Shown: positions 52,143 through 54,849 of the stretch, piece by piece | Position numbering within the stretch: position 1 is the stretch's first letter | Layout of the letters: every line of letters begins with the position of its first letter | NCBI GenBank assembly: GCA_035718185.1 | Contig: DASTHN010000054.1 | Coordinates: 1-54,849 of the forward strand | Direction of reading: 5' to 3' | DNA from: Actinomycetota bacterium | Lineage (GTDB): Bacteria; Actinomycetota; UBA4738; HRBIN12 | Length of the DNA stretch: 54,849 bases | Translations under genes and position numbers: made by a program | The notes under the pieces: model-generated | The model's database searches: none | What the model was told of the DNA's origin: nothing | What the model saw: the letters and a program-made list of their open reading frames with translations, nothing else

Positions 52143-54849
52143 CTAATGGACGGCGTCGGGCTCCGGCACCACGACGGGCTCGGGCAGCCGCTCCACCCCG
52201 ACCTCGGCGCGAGCCCCGGGCTCGTCGAGCCGTTGAGCGACGACCTTCGACGTGCCGTCCTTGCTCATCGACACGCCGTACATCATCCCGGCGACCTCCA
52301 TGGTGCGCTTCTGGTGCGTGACGATGAGGACCTGGGAGTCGGCGGCGAAGCCCTCGAGCAACCGGAGGAACCGGTGGAGGTTCACATCGTCGAGGGCGGG
52401 CTCGACCTCGTCCATCAGGTAGAACGGGCTCGGCCGAGCACGGAAGATCGCGAACAGGAACGCCATCGCGGTGAGCGCTCGCTCACCGCCCGAGAGCAGG
52501 CTGATCCGCTTCACGCGCTTGCGGCCCGGCCGGGCCTCGATCTCGATGCCGGTGTTGAGCAGGTCACCCGGCTCGGTGGCGACCAGGCGGCCTTCACCGC
52601 CGGGGAACAGCTCCTTGAACAGGCGCTCGAACTCGGCCGCGACGTCCCGGTAGGCCGACTCGAACGTCGAGGTGATCTCGCTCTCGATCCGCTGGATCAC
52701 CTCGAGCAGGTCGCGCTTCGCGCGACGGACGTCGTCGAGCTCCCGCGCGAGGAAGTCGTGGCGCTCCTGGAGGGCCTCGAACTCGCCCCCGGCCAGCAGG
52801 TTCACGCGGCCGAGCAGCCCGAGCCGGCGCTGCACCAGCTCGGCGCGCTTCTCGAGCGACTCGACCGTGTCGTCGGCCGACAGCTCGGCCAGCGCCTCCT
52901 GCGGCTCACGCTGGTGACCCTCGCGCAGAAGGCGCTCGGCGTCGCGGATCCTGCGCTCCAGGTCGCCGCGGACCCGGTCCTCGTCTTCGTACGCCTCGCG
53001 GAGGCGGTCGAGCTCCGTCGAGGCCTCGCGCCAGGCGCGATTGACCTGCGCCTCGTCCTCGGTCGCCGCCCGCTCGGAGGCGGCTGCCGCGTTGCGCATC
53101 ACCGTGGCCTCCTCGAGCGCGGCCTCGGCCTGCGCGAGGGTCTGCTCCGCGTCCAGACGGGTGGCCTCGGCCACATCCACCGCGGTCTGCAGCGCCGCTG
53201 GATCCTGCGCCGCGAGGCTCTCGCGCTCCGCGCGCACCGCCGACAGGCGGGACTCGAGGGCGACGCGGTCGCGCCGGAGCGTCTCGACGGCGACCCGCGC
53301 CTGGATCGGCGGCTCGGCCAGACGCGGAAGCTCGGGGAGCTCGTGGGTGACCGGCTCGACCTGCGCGAGCCGCTCCCGCCAGGTCGTCGCGGCATCGTCC
53401 ATGCCGCCGAGCCGCTGGGCGAGGATCTCCTCCTCCTTGCCGAGCGACGCCAGCTCGGTCTCCAGGCGCGAGAGGCGCTCGGCGGCGCGGGTGATGTCGG
53501 CGTCGGCCGCCTCGATCCGCTCGGCCAGCCCCGACAGCTCCCGCTGCATCTGCTCCAGACGCTCGCGCTTGGGCCGGAGCGCGGCGCGGCCCTGCGCGAG
53601 GTCGTGGTCGACGACCGCGAGCTCGCGCCGGATCTCGGCGGCACGGGAGTCGCCACGCCGGGTCGTTCGGATCACCGCGGGTCCGATCAGCACGCCCTCG
53701 GGCGTCACGAACCCGGCCTTCGGGTGCCGCGCGTGCTTGTCGGCGGCCTCCTCGAGGGTGTCGGCGAGGTAGATGTCCTTGAGGACGGTGCAGACGAGCC
53801 CGCGGACCGAGGGATCGGCCGAGACGATCGACAGGAGCGTGCGCTCGCCCTGGATCACGAAGGACGCGGGCCCGCCGCCGGCGATCGCGAGGATCGCGCC
53901 GTCGCCACGGGGGGCGTCGGCGACCGCTTCTCGCCCGTCCAGGTACACCACCGCGTCGGCGAGCGAGCCCAGGCCGGCGGTCAGGGCCGCTTCCCACCCC
54001 TGCTGAGCGCTGACCAGGCCGCTGAGCAGACCGATCGCGCGGCCACGGTGCCCGTCGAGGAACCGCGATCCCGCCGTCTGCTCGATGTCCTCCAGGCGTG
54101 CGATCAGCACGTCGCGGCGGTGCTCGTGGCCGCGGACGGCCTCTTCGAGCTCCGCGACCCGGTCGGCCAGACCGTGGCGCTCGCGCTCCAGGCTCGCCCG
54201 GCGCTCGGACAGCGGCGCGGTCTCGGCGTCCAGACGCTCGATCTCCTCGGCGAGCCGCTCGTGCTCGGTGTCCGCGGACTCCCGCCGGTGGCGCACGCCC
54301 GCGAGCTGCTCGTCGAGGCGCCCGCGGTCGCGGTCGTGGCCGGCCAGCGAGCGGCGAAGGGTCTCCACCTCGGCGCGGTGCGCGGCGGCCTCCTCGGAGA
54401 TGCGCCGCCGCTCCTCGTCCACCTCGCGCCGGTGCTCCTGCTCCTGGCGGAAAGCGGCCTCCGCGCCATCGAGCTCCGCCTCGCGCTGCTTGAGCTCGGC
54501 CGCGACCTCCTCCAGCCGCGTCCGGATGCGGCCGGCGTCCTCCTCGAGCGCCTGGAGGCGGACCCCTCGCGTGGCCTCGGCGGCGAGCGCCTGCCGCGCG
54601 ATGGACTCGGCCTCCACCGCGTGGCGGAGCGTCGCCTCTGCCTCGGACTTGGCCGCCTGCGTCTGTCGGAGCGTCCCCTCCGTCTCCTGGAGCGCCCAGA
54701 CGGCGCGCGCGCGCTCGTCGCCCGCCTCCTGGACCCGGTCGTCCAGGGCATCGAGGCGCTCGCGGGCCTCCTTGCGGCGCGCGAGCCCCTCCTCCCAGCC
54801 GCCCGTCCTCCGGTCGCGTTCGGTGAGCAGGCTCCGCAGGCGCGCCGCC
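52143..54849 (-). CDS. smc: Chromosome segregation protein SMC, 3' part (5' end beyond the window)
   Basis: Coiled coils, hinge domain, LLSGGE signature, MDEVEPALD, VTHQKRTM. Frame open to the window edge. Confidence 0.95.
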   Translation of the reverse strand, partial: AARLRSLLTERDRRTGGWEEGLARRKEARERLDALDDRVQEAGDERARAVWALQETEGTLRQTQAAKSEAEATLRHAVEAESIARQALAAEATRGVRLQALEEDAGRIRTRLEEVAAELKQREAELDGAEAAFRQEQEHRREVDEERRRISEEAAAHRAEVETLRRSLAGHDRDRGRLDEQLAGVRHRRESADTEHERLAEEIERLDAETAPLSERRASLERERHGLADRVAELEEAVRGHEHRRDVLIARLEDIEQTAGSRFLDGHRGRAIGLLSGLVSAQQGWEAALTAGLGSLADAVVYLDGREAVADAPRGDGAILAIAGGGPASFVIQGERTLLSIVSADPSVRGLVCTVLKDIYLADTLEEAADKHARHPKAGFVTPEGVLIGPAVIRTTRRGDSRAAEIRRELAVVDHDLAQGRAALRPKRERLEQMQRELSGLAERIEAADADITRAAERLSRLETELASLGKEEEILAQRLGGMDDAATTWRERLAQVEPVTHELPELPRLAEPPIQARVAVETLRRDRVALESRLSAVRAERESLAAQDPAALQTAVDVAEATRLDAEQTLAQAEAALEEATVMRNAAAASERAATEDEAQVNRAWREASTELDRLREAYEDEDRVRGDLERRIRDAERLLREGHQREPQEALAELSADDTVESLEKRAELVQRRLGLLGRVNLLAGGEFEALQERHDFLARELDDVRRAKRDLLEVIQRIESEITSTFESAYRDVAAEFERLFKELFPGGEGRLVATEPGDLLNTGIEIEARPGRKRVKRISLLSGGERALTAMAFLFAIFRARPSPFYLMDEVEPALDDVNLHRFLRLLEGFAADSQVLIVTHQKRTMEVAGMMYGVSMSKDGTSKVVAQRLDEPGARAEVGVERLPEPVVVPEPDAVH

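Noticed and set aside
1-54849. tRNA, rRNA, SRP RNA, tmRNA, riboswitches, dif or parS sites
   Set aside because: Intergenic gaps are short and I found no cloverleaf/T-loop, SRP GNAR-loop context, FMN or T-box motifs, or dif/parS-like palindromes by eye; a covariance-model scan would be needed for a firm negative.

Overview
High-GC (roughly 70%) chromosomal core region of an actinobacterium, probably a deep-branching lineage. Almost all genes lie on the minus strand in the familiar actinobacterial order: smc-ftsY-ffh-rpsP-khpA-rimM-trmD-rplS-lepB-rnhB-DUF2469-yraN-comM-dprA-xerC-whiG-M23-rpsB-tsf-pyrH-frr-cdsA-dxr-rseP-ispG-proS-rimP-nusA-ylxR-infB-DUF503-rbfA-nrnA-truB-ribF-rpsO-pnp-M16 peptidase-dapB. 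I found no rRNA, tRNA, CRISPR array or mobile element. The interest is in what has been inserted into this backbone. (1) Best candidate for an undescribed system: a ~6 kb island between truB and ribF. It holds an orphan OpuAC-type binding lipoprotein, a membrane protein fusing a catalytically dead PAP2 domain to an intact protein-kinase-like domain, a translationally coupled Cys-rich lipoprotein and an intact paralogous PAP2 phosphatase. These face a PPK2 and an MprF/UPF0104-type flippase-like gene. (2) An intramembrane-sensing two-component pair plus yjbQ sits between rseP and ispG. (3) A trpEG pair lies 21 bp head-to-head with proS. (4) Smaller inserts: persulfide dioxygenase-rhodanese, PiT/DUF47, DUF1003 and a lone receiver protein. 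Many start codons have a TAnnnT -10 hexamer 5-9 nt upstream (leaderless or near-leaderless mRNAs), several built on the upstream TAG stop codon. Also notable: a degenerate SMC hinge glycine motif, a G-to-S change in the WhiG c-di-GMP contact segment, and long acidic extensions on CdsA, L19, S2 and NusA. All calls are motif recognition by eye; no database searches were run.
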